Shown: one piece after another, positions 39,865 through 51,300 of the stretch
Numbering within the stretch: position 1 is the first letter of the stretch
Layout of the letters: every line of letters begins with the position of its first letter
Assembly: GCA_040954595.2 (NCBI GenBank)
Contig: JBECUI020000048.1
Coordinates: 1-64,000 of the forward strand
Length of the DNA stretch: 64,000 nt
Source: Balanoglossus misakiensis
Lineage: Eukaryota > Animalia > Hemichordata
Reading direction: 5' to 3'
Translations under genes and position numbers: made by a program
The notes under the pieces: model-generated
What the model was told of the DNA's origin: nothing
Databases searched by the model: none
What the model saw: only the letters and a program-made list of their open reading frames with translations

Positions 39865-40021
39865 GTAGGAGTTGAATGACGTCAGTTTTATCATAATTAT
39901 TTGCTACTAAAGGCAAAGCGCGCTCTTGTGCTCAATGACTCCTGAGTATACAGTGACATACAGTTATTCTCCTAATTTTGCCATCAGTGTTAACTGAATC
40001 TCTTCCGCTCTAACTCATCAG

Positions 40022-40163
40022 ATGGTGACATCCGATTGGCTAACGGGAAGAAACCTAATAGGGGGCGACTCGAAATATTCCATGGAATAAGTTGGGGCAC
40101 TGTATGTGACGACGGGTTTGATGACGTCGATGCCAGAATTGTGTGCAGACAGTTGGGATATAT
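40022..40163 (+). CDS. SRCR domain 5, N-half exon
   Basis: [45 protein letters not shown]. Confidence 0.92.
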
Positions 40164-40354
40164 GTAAGTACGAAATACAATCAAATTTTATGTTTTTGTC
40201 AGGCTTGCTCGATACTTTCCACAATAGAGTATCCTGTCCACTAGCCTGAATGCAAAACCAGCCTTTTTCTTCTTTGTTCATAAATAGCCTGCTGACACAC
40301 AAATGTAGCAAATAATTGAACGGTTTGGTGGACTTAATGTCTCTTATGTTTCAG

Positions 40355-40527
40355 GGGAGGCGAAATTTCCCCACCCGGAATTTATGGAAGCGGGAACGGT
40401 CAGATATGGCTGGAGGAAGTACAGTGTAAAGGTCACGAGAACACACTCGCGGAGTGCAAGCATCGAGGATGGGGCAACGAAGACTGCCGACACACCGAAG
40501 ATATTGGAATATCGTGCGACATTCCTG
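40355..40527 (+). CDS. SRCR domain 5, C-half exon
   Basis: [45 protein letters not shown]. Confidence 0.93.
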
Positions 40528-40648
40528 GTAATAACCCACACTTCAAATAATATCTGCGCTTCGAAAATTCCGCGAAAGCCACAAGACACGTTTGAGGTCA
40601 GGGACACTTTTGAGGTTTTCACGTCAGATGTCTTATCATTCCTTTCAG

Positions 40649-40793
40649 AAATTGGCGACGTGCGACTTGTCAATGGCGGCGTTGACTTCGAAGGACGACT
40701 GGAAGTCTACTACAACGGTCAGTGGGGCACCGTGTGCGACGATGACTTAGATCAGAAGGACGCCTCTGTTGTCTGCAGACAGATGGGTTACAG
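40649..40793 (+). CDS. SRCR domain 6, N-half exon
   Basis: [45 protein letters not shown]. Confidence 0.93.
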
Positions 40794-41181
40794 GTTAGTA
40801 CAAGTGTGCGCATGACACTCTCATTCATCAAGCCATACTTTGTAGAAGGGGACGTCTTGGTGTTTTGACTCTGGGACAATGGGAGGACTCAACTTATGCA
40901 GCCATATGACAGTTCTGTCCTGAGATGAATGGAACTTTAATTTTAACACTGTATACAAATGTACAGTCAACTATGGTTTTCATATGCCTATATATGGTCA
41001 AAAAGGCGTGTGTAAGTCTTCGATTGGCCGTGTGGTGACGCACTTTGTGGGCGTGTACCACTCATAGAAACTATATGATTGGTTACAAATGTAAATGGTC
41101 GTTGTGACGAGGCTCCACTGTATTTGAAATACTGTGTTGATCATTTATCGATGACGCAACTTTGTTTATTTTCTTTCAAAG

Positions 41182-41354
41182 TGGCGGGGAAATCCAAGCG
41201 GGTGGTTCGTACGGTCAGGGCAGCGGACAAATCACTCTGGACGATGTCCACTGCACGGGACACGAGATGTCACTGAAGAAATGCGGTCATCGAGGGTGGA
41301 ACGAACATAACTGTGGACACGGCGAGGACATCAGCATCAATTGTAAAATTCCAG
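41182..41354 (+). CDS. SRCR domain 6, C-half exon
   Basis: [45 protein letters not shown]; AAG acceptor. Confidence 0.92.
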
Positions 41355-41488
41355 GTGAGTGTTAGGTGGCCGACCAACCAACTAGCCAACCAGCCGACCG
41401 ACCGACATTTAACCTAAACAAACAAACAATGGGACTTGGGAGTACATCATGCAGAAAGACAAAAATGTATACATCAGTTCATGGTTCA

Positions 41489-42805
41489 TTGAGCAGTCGG
41501 CCCGATCGCCAAAAAAGGAAATCTCATGAATATTTAAATTTGGTGTCAGAGGTAACTTTTCGGCCAATCAGATCGCTCGAGACAATCAGTTCCAGAGAAA
41601 ATTCGCATGCCCTCGGTTTTAGTTCTCTTAAATGAAGTCGAATTCGCCTAAATACTCAAATTTTTGCCTGATGATTCCTTGAAAGGTGCTCTAGCGATCT
41701 ACCGATGCGTTTTGAAATCGACCGTTGCGTTTTTTAGCGACAGCTGATAATTTCTGCCATGCCCAAATCCCCACTGTCGACAACGGCGATGATGGCTATT
41801 CTTGTATGCTTCTGAAGTTTTAGTGCGGGGTCTTAGTTCAATTAAATAAAATCTACGTCGCCTAAATGCCCAGGATTTTGTCCGAGGACACATTGATACA
41901 CGCTCTAGCGATCTACCGATGCGTTTTGAAATCGACCGTTGCGTTTTTTAGCGACAACTGATAATTTCTGCCATACCCTCACTATATACACAAGGAACTC
42001 CGTGCTATATACACAACGGCAATGATAACAATCTTGTGCGTGCGCTAGGCCGTGGCTCAGTCACTCTCGATCCGAAAGTTTCATGATTTTTTTTATTCAC
42101 AATCACCAATTACCGTAAATGATAGAAAGAGTCGAATTCACAAAATATGACGATTACCTCATGAATGTGCGGTGTCAACTTGGAAACTGTTAGCAACTTT
42201 GCCAAACGTAAATTACAACATACGCGCCGCGCAATAGCTCACAACACCGCTCATGCACGCTCACAGTCACCGTACAGAGTATACTACGAGTATCGCTGTT
42301 GCCCCTGTATCAGTTGCGTCTTTATACCATACATGTAGCTGATATAGTCCGACTAGCACAAGTATGGATCGTTATACTGCCCTGCTCTTCACTTAAATCA
42401 ACTTGGGTTTTAAATACGGCCGCACTGACACTGGATAGTGAGGCCCAAAGTTTACTGGAAGCATTTACCGAGTCATCGTCGGCTCGCACGGGTTGTTGGA
42501 TCGACCAAAATTTCCCTAACGAATCAATGCGGAAACCGCTATATAAAAAAACACCGTCCACGGTCAAAGGATTTGTTCTGCCAAGGTCTATTTTTCGGAT
42601 ACCAAGAGCTTGGCGGGCGGAGAGGTTACCTAGTATAAATGCAAGACAGCCTCAGGATGTCAGTGTTAGCAAAAGGCACTGGCCTTGTTGACATTCCTTC
42701 GCGCGTGTCATTTGTGCATATTTCTGATTGGGCGAAACGTTACCTTTGACACAAATTTAAATATTCATGAGATTTCCTTTTTTGGCGATCGGGCCGACTG
42801 TTGAG
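41489..42805. mobile_element. 1307-bp non-autonomous DNA transposon (41494-42800) with long TIRs and 5-bp TSD TTGAG
   Basis: Left TIR CAGTCGGCCCGATCGCCAAAAAAGGAAATCTCATGAATATTTAAATTTG (41494-41542) is the exact reverse complement of 42752-42800, extending imperfectly to ~79 bp. TTGAG at 41489-41493 and 42801-42805. No recognisable transposase. Confidence 0.92.
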
Positions 42806-42895
42806 TGACTGTGACATTTGAAAAAAAAAGTATTTTCTTTCATTCCCCGGTTGCGATTTGGAACATACCATTGTATGGTTTTTCTCTTCTTATAG

Positions 42896-43046
42896 GTGAA
42901 GGCAGCATCCGTTTGTATGGCGGCCCATTTGCATACCAGGGTCGATTGGAAATGTTCCACCCTGGCTCGGACAGGTGGGAGGCAGTGTGTGGAAACACCA
43001 TCGACGACAAAGCTGTCACTGTGGCGTGTAGGCAACTAGGGTACAG
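42896..43046 (+). CDS. SRCR domain 7 (divergent), N-half exon
   Basis: SIRLYGGPFAYQGRLEMFHPGSDRWEAVCGNTIDDKAVTVACRQLGY. Confidence 0.9.
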
Positions 43047-43238
43047 GTACGTGGTGTGGGTGTTTCCTCGACTGTGATTCAGAATTGCTGCATGTAATTT
43101 ACCTCAAACAAACCAAACGTTCTTGGCACTGAGTGGACAAAATTGGTTGGAACTAAACGTTCAATGAGACAAAATAGTAGTGTGGCTTATATAGGAGTCA
43201 CCACATGGTATGGTTAATTCTGGGCGCTTTCTTTGCAG

Positions 43239-43408
43239 CGGAGGCAGAATCGAATCGATTGGAACATATTCTCATATGGACACGATGCCGGTTATAATGA
43301 GGGACATCGAGTGCAGTGGCTCGGAGAACGAACTCATGGAGTGTGACCACACCGATGGAGGCGAAGGCTGCCTCGGCAACTACGCTGTCCTCACATGCAA
43401 CATTCCAG
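43239..43408 (+). CDS. SRCR domain 7, C-half exon
   Basis: VIMRDIECSGSENELMECDHTDGGEGCLGNYAVLTC. Confidence 0.9.
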
Positions 43409-43513
43409 GTAAATATTCATGTGTTTTATATTATGCAGTATATGAATGTCCCACACATAGGATCATGGTGTAAGGCGACAGATTGTTAATATTATTTTTT
43501 TATTTACCTTCAG

Positions 43514-43652
43514 CGGAGAGAGAGGTTCGCATCGTGGACGGAGCAGCAGCCAATGAGGGCCGGGTTGAGATGTACCATGACGACACATGGAAACGTATAT
43601 GTAATGTGAATGACGTCATCGCAGATGTGGTGTGCAGGCAACTCGGATATAG
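43514..43652 (+). CDS. SRCR domain 8 (divergent), N-half exon
   Basis: [43 protein letters not shown]. Confidence 0.9.
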
Positions 43653-43890
43653 GTAAATTGCTGCTTATATTATCTATGTATGATAGGCTGTATAGACATA
43701 CAAATTGAATTTTAATTCACTGAAGTTTTCTCTAGCCAAAATGCCGCAAACATACCAGTAACTATACAAAGAGTCGATTGGTACAACCACTTTATATCTC
43801 AATGCTGTAACAGAGTTTATACGAGCTATGGTAAAACGTGGTCTTTTTTGAACGACTGATCATGATTTTATTGATATGACTGTCTTGCAG

Positions 43891-44081
43891 TGATGGGATT
43901 ATCAACAGACACAAAGTGCTGAGTGTCACTCACGTCGCTGTGGCACCGTATGACGTCACGTGCAGTGGGCAGGAAGGTGCCATAACCGAATGTAACGTCG
44001 ATGTGGATTCGTCATACGAAGAGGAGTGCGATGTCGTTGATGATGTGTACGTAGAGTGTAAAATGAACAACACGTTGCCAG
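43891..44081 (+). CDS. SRCR domain 8, C-half exon
   Basis: PYDVTCSGQEGAITECNVDVDSSYEEECDVVDDVYVEC; phases 2-1. Confidence 0.88.
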
Positions 44082-44238
44082 GTAAAGTAGTATGACATTT
44101 TGATTGATCCATCTAAATTGGCGAGTCATGACTCAGAATATGTCTGCGGATATTTGGGGTGCTTTTCGAGTGTACAATAACATTTGGATCGCCCCTGGGT
44201 CGGATTAAAATACAGATATCATCTGGGTTGTTTCGCAG

Positions 44239-44389
44239 ACGCCAATAGCGTTCGACTCGTGGGAGGCAACCTGGAGCACGAAGGACGGTTGGAGATGTAC
44301 AATGGCAGCGTTGACCAATGGCAGACTGTGTGTCGAGACACCATAGATACAGCCGCTGCCAGGGTTGTGTGTAGACAACTTGGATATCG
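44239..44389 (+). CDS. SRCR domain 9 (divergent), N-half exon
   Basis: [47 protein letters not shown]. Confidence 0.9.
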
Positions 44390-44508
44390 GTAAGTCTATA
44401 TCTCCTTGCTCATGTCGATACGCATACCTTTCAACACATTTGTGCTTTGTCAAGTATGGATGTCTATATCCATTTCATCGTTTGCGTTTCTTGGAATTAA
44501 TATTACAG

Positions 44509-44678
44509 TGATGGGGTGATTGGCAAAGATAAATTGAGGTTCGGACAAAGCGATTCCGACATCATGATCTCAGCTGTATCTTGTCTTGGGAACGAGGATG
44601 GACTGATCGACTGCCCTCACAACGTGGGGAACACCGGATGTAACAAAAGGGACGCGATAATCATCTGCAACTTACCAG
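44509..44678 (+). CDS. SRCR domain 9, C-half exon
   Basis: FGQSDSDIMISAVSCLGNEDGLIDCPHNVGNTGCNKRDAIIIC. Confidence 0.9.
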
Positions 44679-44985
44679 GTGAAAATTCCATCAGTTCTTT
44701 TTGACAAAGTATGTTTTGATCGACAAAAAGCATAAGTCCTTGTTGCACGTGACAGTATCAGTTACATGTACACACCCCATGGGTATTTGCCCATTCGAAA
44801 ATGGATTCGTCAAAATGACACTTCGCATATATGGCCAATCCGGAACCAGAAACAGGCAGCCTCCTTTACAATATAGCGCAGACTGGCACTGTTGCTCATT
44901 CTTGCAGACAACGGATAAACATAACATAACATCAAATTGCCTTTCTATATATGCACATTTGAACTCCCTTTGTTATCTACACCAG

Positions 44986-45130
44986 AGGAAGGCGATCTAA
45001 GGCTTACGAAAAGTGTGGAACCCAATGAAGGACGATTGGAAATCTACCACTCTGGCAAATGGGGAACAGTCTGTGATGATGACTTCAGTGGGATTAATGT
45101 ACAAGTCGTTTGCCGACAGCTCGGGTACCT
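44986..45130 (+). CDS. SRCR domain 10, N-half exon
   Basis: [45 protein letters not shown]. Confidence 0.92.
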
Positions 45131-45307
45131 GTAAGTAATCTGAATATTCCAACTTTCTATTTCTTGTTCTCTTCGTTGGTAATATTTGTTCTACTGGTGA
45201 AAGCAAATCTACGGAGTGGACATTATTGGCCAACATTTGATATCACGTTTCATATAAAATATACCACCGCGAAAGTTGTCAACTTTTCCCTCGTTTTCTT
45301 CTTACAG

Positions 45308-45480
45308 CCCGGGGACGTTTCGCGTTCTCAGTGACTATGGCAACACGGCGGCGCCAATTTGGCTTGATGACGTCAACTGCACGGGTGCCGAGACCAGGTT
45401 GTCATCCTGTCCACACCGGATATGGGGTTCGAGTGATTGCACGCACAGAGAAGATGTCACCGTCTTCTGTAAGCTTCCCG
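45308..45480 (+). CDS. SRCR domain 10, C-half exon
   Basis: PIWLDDVNCTGAETRLSSCPHRIWGSSDCTHREDVTVFC. Confidence 0.93.
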
Positions 45481-45762
45481 GTAAGGAATGCTACATTGTC
45501 ACCTTTTCGCTCAATCCGTATTTATGCTGTAAACGTCATGTACAAGACACGAGTACGGCACAGATCACATAATAAACAGACTACACATGTATCGCTGAAA
45601 CATTTTAATAATTCATGTGTTTTTGCAACTTGTGCCTGCAGTCATAAATGTGTCTTGTTTTCATGTTCCTCCATTGTACTTTAAAATACCGTTTTCAAAT
45701 ACTAACATTGATAAACAGCAGCGATAATATGTTTATAACATTTGTAACTCGACTCTCTACAG

Positions 45763-45907
45763 ACGATGATGACATTCGCCTGATGGGCGGGAGAAATGCT
45801 TCCATGGGTCGCTTAGAAATATTCCATAACGGTGTCTGGGGTACGGTCTGTGATGATGCGTTCGACGAGAAGGACGCCGAGGTGGTGTGTCGACAGCTTG
45901 GCTACAG
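45763..45907 (+). CDS. SRCR domain 11, N-half exon
   Basis: [45 protein letters not shown]. Confidence 0.93.
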
Positions 45908-46049
45908 GTCAGTAGTTTGAATTACAAAATTCTAGTTCTTGGAAGTAAAGTGCACTATGGGTCTCTACTTCTTTATTTTGTTAATTGGGATACACCATCA
46001 GATGTTTGTATAACAGTATGCACTTCTCTCATTTCTGCCCTTCCACTAG

Positions 46050-46224
46050 TGGCGGTATTGTTTCCAGCAACGCCAACTTTGGCAACGGAACCGGCAAGGT
46101 ATGGATGGACGAGGTAGAGTGTACAGGAGACGAACGGAAACTGGCGGAGTGCATTCATCAGGGCTGGGGCGAGAATAACTGCGATCACACAGAAGATGTA
46201 TTCGTCACCTGCACGTGCTCTTAA
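46050..46224 (+). CDS. SRCR domain 11, C-half, terminal coding exon
   Basis: FGNGTGKVWMDEVECTGDERKLAECIHQGWGENNCDHTEDVFVTCTCS-stop. The 23 exons sum to 3621 nt (1206 aa + stop) in one frame; no TM segment. Confidence 0.92.
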
Positions 46225-48046
46225 AGCTCTCATGAAAGGTGTGTTGGTGTAGTTACATTTTCTAAAAAAAGTAACATTTTGTCTGCAGACGACAATGGAG
46301 TACGCATTTGCACACGGCACAATTCTTTAGGTTAGACACTTCCTGTCGGAAAACGTTTTGCAATTTTATAGATGTGGTTCGACCACTTTTGTGAATCATC
46401 AGACATGAATTCTGTTGACTAAAATGTATTTGAATCATACAAAAACAAAGTCGAATTTTATGGGACAAGTGGATGATTATAGTCTAGCATTGCAACTTCC
46501 TGTACAGATTTCGACCACACATGACGTGACTGATAAACAAGGTCTTGAAGAGAATATGATTAGTTTTAGTATGACCTGTCATCGTTTCGTTACTGTTTCT
46601 CTTCAAACACACATATATACCCGTAAGCAAAAGTACATCTCACAGATGTGTCTTTACAGACTGTAGTACCGAGACTAGATTTCGCCCCAGAAGGCGTAAA
46701 TTAACGTAAATCTCTCGATGGTAGACGCCGCTTCTGGTTTAAAATGGCGGACTGATATGAAATAACGGCGACTGTCCTGTTTCCCCACGCAGGCGCTGAT
46801 ACGCCCGCTCGGTATCACAAAGAAGCCGACCAAACATCCAACTTGTTGCCGCCACAGAAGGCAAGATCGCCAGACCCAACCCTGATATGTACTCAGCCCC
46901 GAAACAGGAGACACTTTCCGGACGTACTTGTGGGGTTTAACTAGCCACCACATCCTTTCAAAACATGGCCGTTTTCGTACGTGCGAAATGTAGCGTCGTT
47001 GCTACTCTTTCACTCTTTCAGATGAAATGAAGTCTTGTTTTGATCTGACGATATTTATCACCACTAGCGGGCGCAGTAGCTGTATCCGAAAAAAATGCTT
47101 GAAACCTCGACTGATTTGACAGATTATGTACCTAAATTCTGAAATATAGGACTTAACCGTTAGACTATTCATTGATTCTTAAAAGGAATATATTATTTTC
47201 ATACCAAAATAGTTTTTATTTAAATTTCCTCAAACTAAAGCTAAGCAATTATGTAAGCAATTTGTTGAAATTTTATTCCATTATTTTCTTTAAAATTTAT
47301 ATAAAAATAAATAATGGCACATCAGCATATGTTAAGGCTTTCTCTGCACACAGGGGAAGGGACTATATTTTATATGGAGTGATAAAACTCGATGTTTTGT
47401 ATGAAACTTATTTTATTTTAAATTAGTTTATCGCCCATTATTTTACCTATACATGTACATGTATAACAGTGTTATATTGAGTTTCTTTAAACATTTTTAC
47501 TTTTAAAATTTATATGGCCAATCTCAAAATACCTCGTGAATATTAGAAATGAGAAATGAATCTACTGTTATACCGTTTTTTTCTTCATAATTTTCCATAT
47601 GCATAGGCCTACTCACTTGTTTGTATGTGAGAGTGTGCTCGTACTGTGTCCCAAGTCTACGTCATTCTGCGTTTACTCCACGGATAGATAAGCGAAATCC
47701 TCGAAATATGGGCTACTTAGATAAGTGAAAATATGCCATGTAAATTTCACAACGTAGGGTCAGTTTCAGTTGTTAGTTACATAGAAAAGTGAAAAGTTTT
47801 CCTTCATTCTTTCAGCTTGGTGTTGTAATTTTTCTGTTTTCTTGAAAATGAACCACTCTTTCAAATTCCAAAGCATTTGTTCTTGTAACTAAAAGATGAA
47901 TAAAAATAGTTTAGATACTTTAAATGGGAGTTATTATAAAGTTTAATGTAATTTTAATTTTCAATTGTATCTTTAACGAGGAGTAATATTCTGTATGTCA
48001 TAATGAGAGGACCTACAATTGTCACGCGTTTGAGAAATTATCTTTG

Positions 48047-48056
48047 AATAAATAAA
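48047..48056 (+). terminator. Candidate polyadenylation signal of the SRCR gene (overlapping AATAAA pair)
   Basis: AATAAATAAA followed by a GT-rich stretch at the end of an AT-rich 3' region. Other AATAAA hexamers occur upstream (~47306, ~47899). Confidence 0.45.
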
Positions 48057-48122
48057 GTATGAATGACAACTGTCTGTGTATCAGTGTCGATTCGTGCTGT
48101 CACAATGTAGAGGGTTATACAA

Positions 48123-48311
48123 CATGATTTTTTTTTCAAAAAATGACGAATTCTCGACTCTCCGAATTTCGAGATTTTCGGCCTTTTTGAACATTTTTCA
48201 TGGGTTAACCATCATGATTTTTTTCAAAAAATGACAAATTTTCGACTTGCCAAATTTTCATATTTTGGGCATTTTTGAACATTTTTCATGGGTTAACCAT
48301 CATGATTTTTG
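48123..48311 (-). repeat. About two diverged 88-bp satellite monomers in inverted orientation
   Basis: Contains reverse-complement monomer sequence (TTTCGAGATTTTCGGCC...ACATTTTTCATGGGTTAACCATCATG), with the latter part present twice. Confidence 0.9.
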
Positions 48312-48312
48312 G

Positions 48313-51300
48313 CAAAAATCATGATGGTTAACCCATGAAAAATGTTCAAAAAGGCCGAAAATCTCGAAATCCGGCAAGTCGAAAATTCGTGGTTTTTCGA
48401 CAAAAACCATGATGGTTAACCCATGAAAAATGTTGAAAAAGGCCGAAAATCTCGAAATCCGGCAACTCGAAAATTCGTGGTTTTTCGACAAAAACCATGA
48501 TGGTTAACCCATGAAAAATGTTGAAAAAGGCCGAAAATCTCGAAATCCGGCAACTCGAAAATTCGTGGTTTTTCGACAAAAACCATGATGGTTAACCCAT
48601 GAAAATGTTGAAAAAGGCCGAAAATCTCGAAATCCGGCAACTCGAAAATTCGTGGTTTTTCGACAAAAACCATGATGGTTAACCCATGGAAAATGTTGAA
48701 AAAGGCCGAAAATCTCGAAATCCGGCAACTCGAAAATTCGTGGTTTTTCGACAAAAACCATGATGGTTAACCCATGAAAAATGTTGAAAAAGGCCGAAAA
48801 TCTCGAAATCCGGCAACTCGAAAATTCGTGGTTTTTCGACAAAAACCATGATGGTTAACCCATGAAAAATGTTGAAAAAGGCCGAAAATCTCGAAATCCG
48901 GCAACTCGAAAATTCGTGGTTTTTCGACAAAAACCATGATGGTTAACCCATGAAAAATGTTGGAAAAGGCCGAAAATCTCGAAATCCGGCAACTCGAAAA
49001 TTCGTGGTTTTTCGACAAAAACCATGATGGTTAACCCATGAAAAATGTCGAAAAAGGCCGAAAATCTCGAAATCCGGCAACTCGAAAATTCGTGGTTTTT
49101 CGACAAAAACCATGATGGTTAACCCATGAAAAATGTCGAAAAAGGCCGAAAATCTCGAAATCCGGCAACTCGAAAATTCGTGGTTTTTCGACAAAAACCA
49201 TGATGGTTAACCCATGAAAAATGTTGAAAAAGGCCGAAAATCTCGAAATCCGGCAACTCGAAAATTCGTGGTTTTTCGACAAAAACCATAATGGTTAACC
49301 CATGAAAAATGTTGAAAAAGGCCGAAAATCTCGAAATCCGGCAACTCGAAAATTCGTGGTTTTTCGACAAAAACCATGATGGTTAACCCATGAAAAATGT
49401 TGAAAAAGGCCGAAAATCTCGAAATCCGGCAACTCGAAAATTCGTGGTTTTTCGACAAAAACCATGATGGTTAACCCATGAAAAATGTTGAAAAAGGCCG
49501 AAAATCTCGAAATCCGGCAACTCGAAAATTCGTGGTTTTTCGACAAAAACCATGATGGTTAACCCATGAAAAATGTTGAAAAAGGCCGAAAATCACGAAA
49601 TCCGGCAACTCGAAAATTCGTGGTTTTTCGACTAAAACCATGATGGTTAACCCATGAAAAATGTTGAAAAAGGCCGAAAATCTTGAAATCCGGCAACTCG
49701 AAAATTCGCGGTTTTTCGACAAAAACCATGATGGTTAACTCATGAAAAATGTTGAAAAAGGCCGAAAATCTCGAAATCCGGCAACTCGAAAATTCGCGGT
49801 TTTTCGACAAAAACCATGATGGTTAACCCATGAAAAATGTTGAAAAAGGCCGAAAATCTCGAAATTCGGCAACTCGAAAATTCGCGGTTTTTCGACAAAA
49901 ACCATGATGGTTAACCCATGAAAAATGTTGAAAAAGGCCGAAAATCTCGAAATTCGGCAACTCGAAAATTCGCGGTTTTTCGACAAAAACCATGATGGTT
50001 AACCCATGAAAAATGTTCAAATCGGCCAAAAATCTCGAAATTCGGCAACTCGAAAATTCGCGGTTTTTCGACAAAAACCATGATGGTTAACCCATGAAAA
50101 ATGTTGAAAAAGGCCGAAAATCTCGAAATCCGGCAACTCGAAAATTCGCGGTTTTTCGACAAAAACCATGATGGTTAACCCATGAAAAATGTTCAAATCG
50201 GCCGAAAATCTCGAAATTCGGCAACTCGAAAATTCGCGGTTTTTCGACAAAAACCATGATGGTTAACCCATGAAAAATGTTCAAATCGGCCGAAAATCTC
50301 GAAATTCGGCAACTCGAAAATTCGCGGTTTTTCGACAAAAACCATGATGGTTAACCCATGAAAAATGTTCAAATCGGCCGAAAATCTCGGAATTCGGCAA
50401 CTCGAAAATTCGCGGTTTTTCGACAAAAACCATGATGGTTAACCCATGAAAAATGTTCAAATCGGCCGAAAATCTCGGAATTCGGCAACTCGAAAATTCG
50501 CGGTTTTTCGACAAAAACCATGATGGTTAACCCATGAAAAATGTTCAAATCGGCCGAAAATCTCGAAATTCGGCAACTCGAAAATTCGCGGTTTTTCGAC
50601 AAAAACCATGATGGTTAACCCATGAAAAATGTTCAAATCGGCCGAAAATCTCGAAATTCGGCAACTCGAAAATTCGCGGTTTTTCGACAAAAACCATGAT
50701 GGTTAACCCATGAAAAATGTTCAAATCGGCCGAAAATCTCGAAATTCGGCAACTCGAAAATTCGCGGTTTTTCGACAAAAACCATGATGGTTAACCCATG
50801 AAAAATGTTCAAATCGGCCGAAAATCTCGAAATTCGGCAACTCGAAAATTCGCGGTTTTTCGACAAAAACCATGATGGTTAACCCATGAAAAATGTTCAA
50901 ATCGGCCGAAAATCTCGAAATTCGGCAACTCGAAAATTCGCGGTTTTTCGACAAAAACCATGATGGTTAACCCATGAAAAATGTTCAAATCGGCCGAAAA
51001 TCTCGAAATTCGGCAACTCGAAAATTCGCGGTTTTTCGACAAAAACCATGATGGTTAACCCATGAAAAATGTTCAAATCGGCCGAAAATCTCGGAATTCG
51101 GCAACTCGAAAATTCGCGGTTTTTCGACAAAAACCATGATGGTTAACCCATGAAAAATGTTCAAATCGGCCGAAAATCTCGGAATTCGGCAACTCGAAAA
51201 TTCGCGGTTTTTCGACAAAAACCATGATGGTTAACCCATGAAAAATGTTCAAATCGGCCGAAAATCTCGAAATTCGGCTACTCGAAAATTCGCGGTTTTT

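Noticed and set aside
41494-42800. RAG-like/Transib transposon, suggested by the 5-bp TSD
   Set aside because: Termini start CAG, not CAC; no heptamer-spacer-nonamer arrangement and no RAG1-like coding sequence seen.
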